NCBI GenBank assembly: GCA_035650735.1
Contig: DASRGZ010000179.1
Coordinates: forward strand, 1 to 47,582
Origin: Chthonomonadaceae bacterium
Lineage (GTDB): Bacteria > Armatimonadota > Chthonomonadetes > Chthonomonadales > Chthonomonadaceae
Direction: 5' to 3'
Length of the DNA: 47,582 nt
The position numbers and the translations under genes are program-made. The notes under the pieces are model-generated. The model was not told the origin of the DNA. It did not search any database and was given only the letters and a program-made list of their open reading frames with translations. Of this stretch, positions 37,290 through 47,258 are shown one piece after another; position 1 is the stretch's first letter; each line of letters begins with the position of its first letter.

Positions 37290-38034
37290 GCTGGGGTTTG
37301 TCTTGTGGGGTGGCGGGGTCGGCGATGGGCGCGCTCTGCGGTGGCCCCGGCTCCTCAGCCGCGCCCGCCTGTGCCTGTCCTACCGGCGCGAAGGAGCGGC
37401 GATGGATCGGGCAGGGGCCGAGGGCTTCGAGCGCGCGCAGATGGGAGGGCACGGCATATCCTTTATGCAGCGCAAAGCCGTAGCCCGGATAAATTGAGTC
37501 GTATTGCTCCATCAGACGGTCGCGCGTGACTTTAGCGATGATGGAGGCGGCGGCGATGGAGATGCTGCGCGCGTCGCCATCTATCAGTGCGACCTGAGTG
37601 ATCGGAAAGGGGATCACAGGCAGGCCATCAATCAGAGCCACATCGGGCCAGAGGCCCAGCGGCAGATTCTCGAAGGCCAGGCGCATGGCCTCGTGGGAGG
37701 CGCGCAGGATGTTGATCTCATCGATCACCTCCGCCTCGACGATGCCGATGCCCACCCCGCGCGCCAGCCTCCAAATCCGATCATACAGGCGCTCGCGCTG
37801 TGCGGGCTGCAAGAACTTCGAGTCGCCAATGCCCGGGATGGCACACTCATAGGGCAGCACGACACAGGCGGCGACGACGGGGCCGACCAACGCGCCGCGC
37901 CCGGCCTCATCCAGGCCCGCAATGCAGCGATATCCCTCCGCCCAGGCGATACGCTCCTCACACCACCAGTCTGTCTCCATCATAGGCTGTGCGCTCCGTC
38001 TGCGCTGGCCCTGTTTGCGCCTGGTCGAAGGCAT
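37240..38034 (-). CDS. rnhB: Ribonuclease HII
   Basis: GLDEAGRG, DSK, IDEINIL, IDG, IAAASIIAKVTRD, HKGY, HRRSF. Confidence 0.96.
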   Translation of the reverse strand: MPSTRRKQGQRRRSAQPMMETDWWCEERIAWAEGYRCIAGLDEAGRGALVGPVVAACVVLPYECAIPGIGDSKFLQPAQRERLYDRIWRLARGVGIGIVEAEVIDEINILRASHEAMRLAFENLPLGLWPDVALIDGLPVIPFPITQVALIDGDARSISIAAASIIAKVTRDRLMEQYDSIYPGYGFALHKGYAVPSHLRALEALGPCPIHRRSFAPVGQAQAGAAEEPGPPQSAPIADPATPQDKPQHARRTRKTAKSEPSTQ

Positions 38035-38843
38035 TAGCCGGTTCCGGTCAAGAGCCGTATCCGGTTCAGGGGCCAGAAGATCAGCATCGCTTTGCCGATG
38101 ACCCGCTTGCGGTTCAGCGTGCCCCAGTAACGGCTGTCGTTGCTGTTGTTGCGGTTATCGCCCATGACCCACAGCTCATCCTTGCCCAGATGAACCGGCC
38201 CACAGGTTGGCTTACTGATGGTAGAGCCGCAAGGCGTGCCATAGTTATAGTCCGCCTCCCGTTCGGGCTGCATCGGCTCTTTGATATACGGCTCGTTGAG
38301 CTTCTGCCCATTGCGATAGACCGCGCCGTTCTTGATCTCGATGGTGTCGCCGGGCACGCCGATGAGACGCTTGATCAGAATATTCTCCTGCTGCGGCAGG
38401 CCCCGGGTCTGGTCCTCCATGTCTGCCCGCCTGGGCGCGCGAAAGACGATGATGTCGCCGCGTTGGGGGTCACTATAACGGTAGACCAGCTTGTTGACGA
38501 AGATGTGATCGTGGACGGTATCGTCGTGCCCGTTCACTCCGGCATCGTGGCCGAGGAGCGTATTTTCCATCGACTCGGAAGGAATATAAAAGGCCTGAAG
38601 AAAGAAGGGCCGGATAATCAGGAAGACCAGCACCCCGGCGATGATCAGCGACTCCAGGATTTCGGCCAGGCCCCGCGCCCAGCCCATCGCCTCGGACGCC
38701 GCTCCCGGACGTCCCTGCGGCTGGCCGCCCGCAGAGAGCAAAAGCAGACGCAGCAAGGTCAGGGCAAACGCCAGCAAGAGCACCGCGCCGATGCTCAGGT
38801 TCGCCAAAATTTCGCTCGCACCTACGTCCGTGGCTGGATTCAT
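38034..38843 (-). CDS. lepB: Signal peptidase I
   Basis: IPSESME (catalytic Ser), IKRLIGVPGD (Lys), MGDNRNNSNDSRYWG. Confidence 0.95.
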   Translation of the reverse strand: MNPATDVGASEILANLSIGAVLLLAFALTLLRLLLLSAGGQPQGRPGAASEAMGWARGLAEILESLIIAGVLVFLIIRPFFLQAFYIPSESMENTLLGHDAGVNGHDDTVHDHIFVNKLVYRYSDPQRGDIIVFRAPRRADMEDQTRGLPQQENILIKRLIGVPGDTIEIKNGAVYRNGQKLNEPYIKEPMQPEREADYNYGTPCGSTISKPTCGPVHLGKDELWVMGDNRNNSNDSRYWGTLNRKRVIGKAMLIFWPLNRIRLLTGTG

Positions 38844-38885
38844 AATCTACATAACCTCTCAAACGGATGTATTTATTTGTGCTGA

Positions 38886-38967
38886 CCTCACCCCCTTCCC
38901 CTCTCCTTCTCAAGGAGAGGAGAGAGGCCCCCACCCCCTTACCCGCTGCTAGGGTCGGGGGGTTAGG
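38886..38967. repeat. REP-like hairpin family B
   Basis: CCTCACCCCCTTCCCCTCTCCTTCTCAAGGAGAGGAG, matching 42297-42330 and 47383-47420. Confidence 0.78.
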
Positions 38968-39081
38968 TAAAGAAAGGCCAGATCAAATCAGAAGGCGCTG
39001 GATATTCGGCCCCAGGCGCAGCGCAGGACAGTGTGCCTGCCCGGCTGCCGGATGCCGAATGCCCAGCGCCTTGGTCCTGAA

Positions 39082-39549
39082 CTAGCGTGTCGGGTTGCGA
39101 TCTTCCTTGATGCGGGCCGCCTTGCCGATCTTGCTGCGTAAATAGTAGAGCTTGGCGCGGCGGACGTTGCCGTACCGCACGACCTCGATCTTTTCGATGC
39201 GGGGCGAGTGCAGCAGGAAGGTACGCTCGACGCCTACGCCGTGCGAAATCTTACGGACGGTGAAGCACTTGCGCACGCTCTCATGGTTGAGGGCGATGAC
39301 GACGCCCTCGAACACCTGGATACGCTCCTTGTCCCCTTCGATGACTTTGGCGTGGACGCGCACCGTATCTCCCTGCCGGAAGCCCGGCAGTTCCGTACGC
39401 TGCTCAGGGGAGACGCGCTCGAATTCCGTGCGCTTCTTCTCCCGGGCGTCCTGCTCACGCCGCCGGTTCTCGGTGTCGGCCCAAATCTCTCGCGAGCGCT
39501 GGATCTCGTTGCGCTCGATCTCACGTATGATTTCCGGTCCCAGTGCCAT
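39082..39549 (-). CDS. rplS: 50S ribosomal protein L19 (with N-terminal insertion)
   Basis: [46 protein letters not shown]. Confidence 0.96.
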   Translation of the reverse strand: MALGPEIIREIERNEIQRSREIWADTENRRREQDAREKKRTEFERVSPEQRTELPGFRQGDTVRVHAKVIEGDKERIQVFEGVVIALNHESVRKCFTVRKISHGVGVERTFLLHSPRIEKIEVVRYGNVRRAKLYYLRSKIGKAARIKEDRNPTR

Positions 39550-40600
39550 GCGTTTCCTCTTGTTCTGCTCTCGATTCAATGGGGGCGCTCTCTCCGGCGG
39601 CTACCTGCGTCGGCGCGGCGGGAGGCGTTGCCATCGGCAGGTCTGCCGGAGGAGAGGCCGGTCTCTTGCTAGGCGGAGCCTGGGGCTCCTCCGAGGCCAG
39701 CAACTTCTGGTCTTGCGGCGACAGTTGCAGGCACGCAAACAGATCGGGCCGCCGCTCTTGAGTGGCGCGCAGTTGATGCCAGCGCCGCCAGCGCTCGATC
39801 TGGGCGTGATGCCCACTCAGCAGTATCTCCGGCACGGCCCACCCGTGAAAAACGCGCGGGCGGGTATAGTGCGGATATTCCAATAAGTGCTCTGAAAACG
39901 TGTCTTTGGCGGTCGCGTGCTCATCGCCCAGGGCGCCCGGCTGTAGACGGGTCACGGCGTCCACAATCACCAGCGCGGGCAGCTCTCCGCCGGTCAGGAT
40001 ATAATCTCCGATGGAGATCTCGTCCGTAATGAGATGCTGGCGCACGCGCTCATCCACGCCTTCATAATGGCCGCACAGCAGGATCAAATGCTCCTCCTGC
40101 GCCAGCTCCCGCGCGAGCTCCTGCGTAAAGCGCCGACCACGCGGATCGGTCAGGAGAATGCGCGGCGGGCGGCCTGTCGCCGCAGAGGGCGCAGACACAT
40201 TGACAGCGTCCTGCCGGCTCGGCAGGACGCTGTGCGCGACACCTTCCGCCACACTATCTTCGCGATCAAACTCCGTATCTATTACGTTCTCTATTACGTT
40301 GGCGCCCGCCTGCGCGGTTTCATCCGATGGCGCCGAACTTGTCTCCCAGGAGGGCTCACCGCTCAATTTCCTACCGGTCAGGGCCTCCAGCGCCCGCGCA
40401 ATCGGCTCGATCTTCATCACCATGCCGCCGCCGCCGCCGTACGGCATATCGTCGGTAGTTTTGTGGCGGTCCGTGGTGAAATCGCGCAGGTTTACCACGT
40501 TGATCGTCACCAGTCCCCGGTCGCGCGCCCGCTTGAGGATGCTTTCATCCAGCACCGCGGCCACCATCTCCGGGAACACCGTGACAATATCAATACGCAT
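39521..40600 (-). CDS. trmD: tRNA (guanine-37-N1)-methyltransferase
   Basis: [51 protein letters not shown]. Confidence 0.96.
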   Translation of the reverse strand: MRIDIVTVFPEMVAAVLDESILKRARDRGLVTINVVNLRDFTTDRHKTTDDMPYGGGGGMVMKIEPIARALEALTGRKLSGEPSWETSSAPSDETAQAGANVIENVIDTEFDREDSVAEGVAHSVLPSRQDAVNVSAPSAATGRPPRILLTDPRGRRFTQELARELAQEEHLILLCGHYEGVDERVRQHLITDEISIGDYILTGGELPALVIVDAVTRLQPGALGDEHATAKDTFSEHLLEYPHYTRPRVFHGWAVPEILLSGHHAQIERWRRWHQLRATQERRPDLFACLQLSPQDQKLLASEEPQAPPSKRPASPPADLPMATPPAAPTQVAAGESAPIESRAEQEETHGTGTGNHT

Positions 40601-40664
40601 AATTTAAGAACAAAGGGAAGAGGGAACAGAACAGATCATGGATTGTCCCTCCTCCCTCTTTGCT

Positions 40665-41201
40665 TCAGGCTTCTTCGGCTTCGCCGGGCAACAGGCCCGG
40701 GGTAGGCGTGACGATGATGCGGCGATTAGGCAGGTCTATCGTGCGCACGACCTCTTTGATAGCGGGCAGCAGGATCTCCTGGCGGCCCTGGCCGACCACA
40801 AACACGTCGTTGGCGCGCCCCTGCAACACCGAGGTCACCGGGCCGAGGATGCGGCCTTCCGCCGTCATCACCTCACAGCCGATCAAATCATGGATATAAA
40901 ACTCATTGGTCGGCAGGCTTACCGCATCCTGAGTGCGTACCTGGACCAGCGCGTTGCGCAGCTTCTCCGCCTCGTTGATATCGGCCACCCCGCGTAGCTT
41001 CAGCAGTATTTGGCCTTTATGCAACCGAGCATTCTCTACCGTATACAGGCGCGCTTCGCCGTTGGGCCAGCGCAAGCAGACCTGGGACAGACGCCCGAAG
41101 CGGTCGGGGAAATCGGTCTCCAGGCGCACCTTAACTTCGCCTATCCGCCCAAAAGGAGCCACGACCTCGCCGACCGTCAGGCTCCAGTCTTCGTAAGACA
41201 T
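40665..41201 (-). CDS. rimM: Ribosome maturation factor RimM
   Basis: VGEVVAPFGRIGEVKV, EFYIHDLIG, ANDVFVV, LLPA; operon position; start uncertain. Confidence 0.93.
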   Translation of the reverse strand: MSYEDWSLTVGEVVAPFGRIGEVKVRLETDFPDRFGRLSQVCLRWPNGEARLYTVENARLHKGQILLKLRGVADINEAEKLRNALVQVRTQDAVSLPTNEFYIHDLIGCEVMTAEGRILGPVTSVLQGRANDVFVVGQGRQEILLPAIKEVVRTIDLPNRRIIVTPTPGLLPGEAEEA

Positions 41202-41379
41202 CTCCAGATCGTTACCGGCGCAGCGTAGGCACGCCTCCCTACGCCGACCAGATCGCACGATGGAAAACCTTCGCGCCGACTGGCACGCACCGACGCGACC
41301 TTGCGTTTGGGCCCACTCAGGGCAACGCGAAGACGCGCGATGTTCGGCGGCGAAGGGCTTGGGAGCAGAAGTGCTAGAG

Positions 41380-41610
41380 TTAGGCGATGATCTCGACGTA
41401 GACCTTGCGCTTGTTCTTCATGGCGGCCGCCTTGGCCACCGTGCGAAGTGCGTTGGCGATGCGTCCCTGCTTCCCGATCACTTTGCCCAGGTCGCTGGGA
41501 GCAACGCGCACTTCATAGGTGGTCGCCTCCTCCTGCGGCACCTCAGTGATGTTGACCTGATCCGGTTCATCGACAAGTGCTTTGACTAGATACTCGATTA
41601 GGCTTTGCAA
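41380..41610 (-). CDS. khpA: KH-domain RNA-binding protein KhpA (YlqC)
   Basis: LVKALVDEPD, DLGKVIGKQGR, ALRT; between rpsP and rimM. Confidence 0.93.
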   Translation of the reverse strand: MQSLIEYLVKALVDEPDQVNITEVPQEEATTYEVRVAPSDLGKVIGKQGRIANALRTVAKAAAMKNKRKVYVEIIA

Positions 41611-41640
41611 TGGTTTGACTCCTTTACTGATGACGTATTG

Positions 41641-41937
41641 CTAGGAGGTCGTCTTGCGAGCCTGACGCGCAGCCTCCTTTGCTGCTGCGAGGCGGTCGAG
41701 GATGCCCTGTTTTTGCAGCAGGGCCCGGGTTATGTCCGTGGGTTGGGCGCCGTGGGCCAGCCACTGGAGCGCTTTCTCTGCGTCCACCTTAACGGCAGGC
41801 GGATCGACGCACGGGTCATAATGACCGATGGTCTCGATGAAGCGGCCGTCGCGCGCCTCCGTGCTATTGGCGACTACGATGCGATAGAAGGGGCGCTTCT
41901 TCGCTCCCATGCGCTTCAATCGAATTTTTACTGGCAA
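41641..41937 (-). CDS. rpsP: 30S ribosomal protein S16
   Basis: [40 protein letters not shown]. Confidence 0.97.
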   Translation of the reverse strand: MPVKIRLKRMGAKKRPFYRIVVANSTEARDGRFIETIGHYDPCVDPPAVKVDAEKALQWLAHGAQPTDITRALLQKQGILDRLAAAKEAARQARKTTS

Positions 41938-42238
41938 TGTTGTTCACCCTTTCCGATATGTATCCCTGCCCGACAGACTGCGGGCTGCACCCAGCAAAGG
42001 ACGCGCGCAGGATCTTTATTCTGCAGATAGCGGCGGTAGGAGTAATGGATCCGGCCCCAAAAACGCAAGGGACGCTCTTTATGGCGGCGCGGCAAGGGTG
42101 ACGAACGCAGGGAATGGTCAGATTTCCATCCCCAGGAGGGGCAATCGTGGTCTGCTATACAACCTGCCATAGATGGTGACGCGATCACCTCTCCCTCTGG
42201 TTCGCCTTCTGCTCGCCACTTTGGTTATTTCTTTGATT

Positions 42239-42372
42239 GGTTGCGGGCGAATCAATTCGCTGCAACCAGGGCACCAAGTCGGCCTTCGCCGACTTAACCC
42301 TCCCCTCTCCTTCTCAAGGAGAAAGGAGAGGGGAAGGGGGTGAGGGCAAAGCCCGCGAAGGCGGCTTTAGCC
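42239..42372. repeat. Family C REP-like element interrupted by a family B hairpin
   Basis: GGTTGCGGGCGAATCAATTCGCTGCAAC...AGTCGGCCTTCGCCGACT (inverted homolog of 10136-10191), then CCCTCCCCTCTCCTTCTCAAGGAG...GGGGGTGAGGG, then AAAGCCCGCGAAGGCGGCTTT. Confidence 0.78.
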
Positions 42373-42388
42373 GCCCGAAAAATCGCTT

Positions 42389-43798
42389 TTAGCGGTTGAA
42401 CGGGAAGCGGGGGAATCGCCCGCCTCCCTTGCCGCCTTTGGGCATTTTCTTTAGCGCGCCCACGGCCCGCTTGACAGGCATCATCCCCTTGCCGCCGGGA
42501 CCCTGGGCCATCATGGTCTTGATCATCTTGCGCATCTGCTCGAACTCGTTCAGGAACTGGTTGACTTCCTGCACGGTGTGCCCCGAGCCCGCCGCGATGC
42601 GTCGCCGGCGGCTGCCGTTCAAGAGGCTGGGATCCCGACGCTCGGCAGGTGTCATGGCCTGCACGATGGCTTCCTTACGCGCCAGCAGCTTCGGGTCGAT
42701 CTGCACGTTATCGAGCATCTGAGTGTTCATGCCGGGCAGCATCTTGAGGATGTTCTCCAGCGGCCCCAGCTTTTTCATCTGCTGCATCTGGTCGAGAAAG
42801 TCGTTGAGATCGAAGCGGCTTTCGCGCAGCTTCTTCTCCATCTCCAACGCCTTCTTCTCGTCCACGGCCTCCTGGGCCTTTTCGATCAGGCTCAGGATGT
42901 CGCCCATGCCCAGGATGCGGGAGGCCAGCCGGTCGGGATAGAACGGCTCCAGCGCGTCCAGCTTCTCGCCGACGCCCAGGAACTTGATGGGCACGCCGGT
43001 GATGGCACGAATAGACAGCGCCGCGCCGCCGCGCGTGTCGCTGTCCATCTTGGTCATGACAAAGCCGGTGACGGCCAGCTTCTGGTTGAACTCCTGCGCG
43101 AAGTTGACCGCGTCCTGGCCGACCATAGCGTCCACGACCAGCAAAATCTCGTGGGGCTTGACCCAGGCCTTCATCTGGCCAAGCTCGTCCATCAGGTCCT
43201 CGTCAATATGGAGGCGACCCGCCGTGTCCAGGAGGACGATGTCGTTACCGTTCTGTGACGCCTGCTGAACGGCGGCCCGCGCGATGGAGGGCGGGGCCTT
43301 ATCCAGCTCCGGCGGCAGCGTGAAGACTGGCACTTTGATCTGCTCGCCGAGCACCTGCAACTGCTTGATGGCCGCGGGGCGATAGATGTCGCAGGCGACC
43401 ATCAGGGGATTGCGGCCCTGCTTTTTGAACCAGAGCGCCAGCTTCCCGGCCAGCGTCGTCTTTCCGGACCCTTGCAGGCCGCAGAGCATGATGACGGTCG
43501 GCGGGGTCGGGGAGAGCTCCAGCCGCGCTTCGGTGCCGCCCAGCAGCTCAACGAGCTCATCATTGACGATCTTGACGACCTGCTGCGCAGGCGAGAGGCT
43601 TTCGAGCACATCGGTGCCGACCGCCTTCTCCTTGACGCGCCCGACGAAATCTTTAACGACCTTATAGTTGACGTCCGCTTCCAGCAGCGCCAGGCGCACT
43701 TCGCGCATGGCCTCGTTGACGTCGGCTTCGGTCACACGCCCCTTGCCGCGCAGCCGCTTGAAGACGTTCTGTAATTTATCGGATAGACTTTCAAACAC
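42389..43798 (-). CDS. ffh: Signal recognition particle protein Ffh
   Basis: GTG start MFESLS, ALLEADV, GLQGSGKTT, DIYRPAA, DTAGR, TKMD..RGGAALS, RILGMGD, SRRRRIAAGSG. Confidence 0.97.
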   Translation of the reverse strand: MFESLSDKLQNVFKRLRGKGRVTEADVNEAMREVRLALLEADVNYKVVKDFVGRVKEKAVGTDVLESLSPAQQVVKIVNDELVELLGGTEARLELSPTPPTVIMLCGLQGSGKTTLAGKLALWFKKQGRNPLMVACDIYRPAAIKQLQVLGEQIKVPVFTLPPELDKAPPSIARAAVQQASQNGNDIVLLDTAGRLHIDEDLMDELGQMKAWVKPHEILLVVDAMVGQDAVNFAQEFNQKLAVTGFVMTKMDSDTRGGAALSIRAITGVPIKFLGVGEKLDALEPFYPDRLASRILGMGDILSLIEKAQEAVDEKKALEMEKKLRESRFDLNDFLDQMQQMKKLGPLENILKMLPGMNTQMLDNVQIDPKLLARKEAIVQAMTPAERRDPSLLNGSRRRRIAAGSGHTVQEVNQFLNEFEQMRKMIKTMMAQGPGGKGMMPVKRAVGALKKMPKGGKGGGRFPRFPFNR

Positions 43799-44108
43799 GG
43801 TGAATTGCCTCAACGCCTGGGGGCGCAACAGAAAGGCTCAGGCAAAAAGCGGTGAGCGCTAAGAGCGCCTGACACACCCCTGCCCTCTCCTCCCAAGCGA
43901 AGTATCTCTCGCTAGAGGCCGGGTTTGTGAGCGGCTCTTTGTGCGCTCGTTAGTGATAGATACAATTAGAATTGGTAAAAGAATGTCGCAGGCACGGAAT
44001 CAATACAAAACCCGATCTCGCCGTGCGAATTATCAAAATTGTCTTAGGGCGATACCGGGCGAATGGAAACCACTGGAATTGCGGGCAAGCCGCAAAACGA
44101 ACTGTAAG

Positions 44109-44137
44109 AGTATACCGGATGCATTTCCTTTTGTCAA
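44109..44137 (-). promoter_or_regulatory. Sigma70 promoter facing ffh
   Basis: TTGACA (44137-44132), 17-bp spacer, TATACT (44114-44109). Confidence 0.7.
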
Positions 44138-44158
44138 CGCTAAGATCTATGCTATAAC
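44131..44158 (+). promoter_or_regulatory. Divergent sigma70-like promoter facing the beta-helix gene
   Basis: TTGTCA (44131-44136), 16-bp spacer, TATAAC (44153-44158), with TG extension. Confidence 0.55.
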
Positions 44159-44481
44159 ATCTGCTAAAGCCTGTGTACGCTTGCTTGTCCGCTTCTTAAC
44201 ACCTGGTTGTAGTGCTCTCCTGAAGCCGCGCTTGCCGATCTGGAAGGGCACAATATTGGCAGGAGAAGCAGAGAACACTGCTTCAGGAGAGCGCTCCTCT
44301 TTCCTTTTTGCTAATCCCAACGGCAGAGCGAGCAGGAATAAGAAAGGCAACCGCGAACTAAATATCCGCAAAGGGGCCGCTCCGCTTCACCCCAGCCCAA
44401 GCAACGAACGCGCAATAGCCCGCCGGTGAAGCGCCCGGCCCGTTCACCAGCCCCAATTCGCCAGCGCAAGGAGGCCATACC

Positions 44482-45790
44482 ATCCGCACAGACCGTACCA
44501 TCCATATTCTGCTCATCCTCCTCGCCGTCACCCTCAGCTGGGCACCCGCGCCCCCGCCGCAGCGCGTGGTCAACGTCAAGGACATAGGAGCTAAGGGCGA
44601 CGGCCTCACCGAGGATACCGTGGCCATTCGCCGAGCCGTTGATAGGGTGGCTGGTACAGGCGGGGACCGTCTTCGTTCCTGACGGAACCTACCTGATCAA
44701 CGCGCTCTACGAGGATGGGGAGGGCATTGCGCTCAAGAGCAACATGACCTTACGGCTCTCTGCCGGAGCCACGCTCAAGGTGATCCCCAACGCAGCAGAA
44801 AACTACAGTACAGTCTCCATTCGCCAAGCCAGCAACGTCACCGTCATTGGCGGCACGATCCAGGGAGACCGGTACGCCCATCAGGGAACCGGGGGCGAGT
44901 GGGGCATGGGGATCGCCGTCCTGGGCAGCAGCAACGTGGTTATCGAGGGAGTGACGGCCAAGGAGCTCTGGGGCGACGGCTTCTATATTGACCGGGTCTC
45001 TGAGAGCGTCCGTTCGCGCAATGTCAGGCTGCACCATGTTGTCGCCGACCGCAACCGCCGCCAGGGGATGTCTATCGTGGATGTGCGTGGAGCCGTTGTC
45101 AGAGACAGCGTTTTCCAGAATACCGGCGGCACGGCGCCCTCGGCGGGCATGGACCTTGAGCCCGACGCGGGGGAGACCGTCGAGGGCGTCCAGATTATCG
45201 GCTGCAAGTTCCTCAAGAACGACGGGGACGGCCTGGTGCTCACCGCGCCTTTCGCCCACAATCCGCCCGGACACGTGCGCAACTGCGCCGTCATCGGCAA
45301 TCTGATGCGGGGCAACGGCCAGAAGATCGACGGCCATAATGGCAACGGGCTGGCTCTCTGGAACGTCGGCCCGGCCCGGGTCGTGGGCAATACCCTCGAA
45401 GATAACCGAGGCCACGGCATCATGTTGTGGACGGCGCATCATATTGACATTGGCGCCAACCGGATCGCCAACAACGCCATGCATGGCCTCTGGGTGATAA
45501 ATACCTCGGTCAAGAATACCATTCACCATAACACCGTTGTTGGGAGCAGCCAGGCCCTCGATAAGGACTACGATAATATCCACCTGGCCGATGGCGCGAG
45601 CGCGAACCGCATCCAGGCCAACATCTGTCGGGCCGGCAACAGGGCCAAGCGACCTGCCTACGGCGTGCATATCTCCAGCACGGACTGCAAGAACAATGTG
45701 GTCCTAAACAACGACCTGCGCGCCTCGGGCGTGTCCGGGGCTTTTGCGAATAGGGGCACGGGGACAAAGGCGGCAGGCAATCGGCGTTGA
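44482..45790 (+). pseudogene. Secreted right-handed parallel beta-helix protein (pectate lyase 3/GH55 N-terminal type), disrupted
   Basis: Signal peptide and VNVKDIGAKGDGLTEDTVAIRRAVD in one frame; GTVFVPDGTY and PbH repeats in the +1 frame after GGGG (44662-44665); ATC where ATG is expected, 7 nt after AAGGAGG. Confidence 0.8.
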
Positions 45791-45919
45791 GCGCAGGGAC
45801 ATAGCGCATCATGGGCGTCGCGGCCAGAGGCACGCCGCCTGGGGCTGTGCTTTGGGCCCCGCCAACTTCGGGGCATCCTCTTCTACCGGAATTTATCCGT
45901 ATTCTGCTTCACAAAGGGC

Positions 45920-46825
45920 GTGCTGTTAGGGTATCTTGCTAGCAAGATGGCGAGCCGAAGTTCCTCTCATCCCACAGAGGGGTCGATTTATTCGACGGAT
46001 CTTGCGCAGCAACGGCCCAGGATGGCGCATTCGCAAGTCGCCACTTGGCGGCATTTTCTGCCCGCGCACCGCCTGCCTGTGATCGCCAAGACACCCGTGC
46101 TGGTGGCGCTTGGCGTCTATTTGGGCGGTGGGCGCTTTGACAGGCTCGCCGTCGGGGGTGCGCTGGGGCTTTCCGCCGCGCTCTGGGCCGCGCTCTACGC
46201 GCTCAACGAGTCCACCGACCTCATTCACGAGCAGGGTTATACGGTAAGACAAAGCGTCCGGCGCACGCTCTTTGCGCTGCCCCTGGCCCTCTGTCTGCTG
46301 GCTGCGCTCCTGTCGCCGCTGCTCAGCCTGCTCTTCCTGCTGATGGCTGCTGGGCAGTTTGCCTACTGCGTGCCGCCCTTGCGCTTGAAGCGCTACTGGT
46401 GGGCCATTCTGCTTCTGAGCGGCACGATCAATCCCATTCTGCGTCTGTTGTGCGGGGTGCTGTGGGGAGCGCACGCAGTGCCGCCCCTGGCCTATGCGGT
46501 CGTGGTGAGCCTGCACCTGGGAGCGTCTTTGCGGGCACGGGTGTTGCTGCGGGAGCGCGATGCCCGGCTGGGCTACCGAGTTGCGCCCGCAGGCAGTGAG
46601 CTAGTGGGAATTATCTGCACCGGGGTAGGGTTGCTGGGCGGGTTCTGGCTCTGCGTTACGGGGGTGCTGCCGAAGATTTTTGCGCTGTTTGGGGTGCTGG
46701 CGGCGGGGTTTGCCATCTATGCATGGTCGGGACGGGAGACCAGCGTGGCGCATCTGCGGCAGGGCTGGCTTCTGTTCGCCATTTTTTCGGTCGTCGCGCT
46801 GCTGGCGCTGCTATTGCGGGGATAA
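45920..46825 (+). CDS. UbiA prenyltransferase superfamily membrane protein
   Basis: YALNESTD (NxxxD), AYCVPPLRLKR, multiple TMs; true start may be 45947 or 46022. Confidence 0.72.
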   Translation: MLLGYLASKMASRSSSHPTEGSIYSTDLAQQRPRMAHSQVATWRHFLPAHRLPVIAKTPVLVALGVYLGGGRFDRLAVGGALGLSAALWAALYALNESTDLIHEQGYTVRQSVRRTLFALPLALCLLAALLSPLLSLLFLLMAAGQFAYCVPPLRLKRYWWAILLLSGTINPILRLLCGVLWGAHAVPPLAYAVVVSLHLGASLRARVLLRERDARLGYRVAPAGSELVGIICTGVGLLGGFWLCVTGVLPKIFALFGVLAAGFAIYAWSGRETSVAHLRQGWLLFAIFSVVALLALLLRG

Positions 46826-46894
46826 AGGGTCGAACCTGGGAAGTGCGGTCTTCGTAAATCAACATGCAGCCAGGATCGCGCAGGAGAAGAGACC

Positions 46895-47236
46895 ATGCCC
46901 GAAGAGTGTGTCTTTTGTAAGATTGCCAGCAAGCAGATACCGGTCGAGCCGGTGTACGAGGACGAGGAGTTCCTTGCCTTCCGTGATCTGAACCCGCAGG
47001 CTCCCGTCCATGTGCTGCTGATCCCCAAAAAGCACTACCCGACCTTCCTGGACATGGAAGATGCCGGGGAGATGGGGCGCGCGCTGCAAGCCGTGCAGCG
47101 GATAGCGACGCAGTTGGGACTGGCGGAGGAGGGCTTCCGCACCGTGCTGAATATCCGCGAGAATGGGGGCCAGACGGTCTACCACGTACATTTCCATATC
47201 CTGGGCGGGCGCTTTATGCAGTGGCCGCCCGGCTAA
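46895..47236 (+). CDS. hinT: Histidine triad (HIT) nucleotide-binding protein
   Basis: CVFCKI, AFRDLNPQAPVHVLLIPKKH, GQTVYHVHFHILGGR..WPPG. Confidence 0.95.
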   Translation: MPEECVFCKIASKQIPVEPVYEDEEFLAFRDLNPQAPVHVLLIPKKHYPTFLDMEDAGEMGRALQAVQRIATQLGLAEEGFRTVLNIRENGGQTVYHVHFHILGGRFMQWPPG

Positions 47237-47258
47237 GCGCGGCCTTCACCACAGAAGA

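Noticed and set aside
40172..40369. Intein in TrmD
   Set aside because: Too short, and it lacks the Cys/Ser start and His-Asn end
43941..44429. 162-aa ORF upstream of ffh
   Set aside because: It spans both divergent promoters, with no RBS or family signature
41938..44480. SRP RNA (ffs) near ffh
   Set aside because: I could not find the conserved helix-8 motif in the intergenic gaps on either strand
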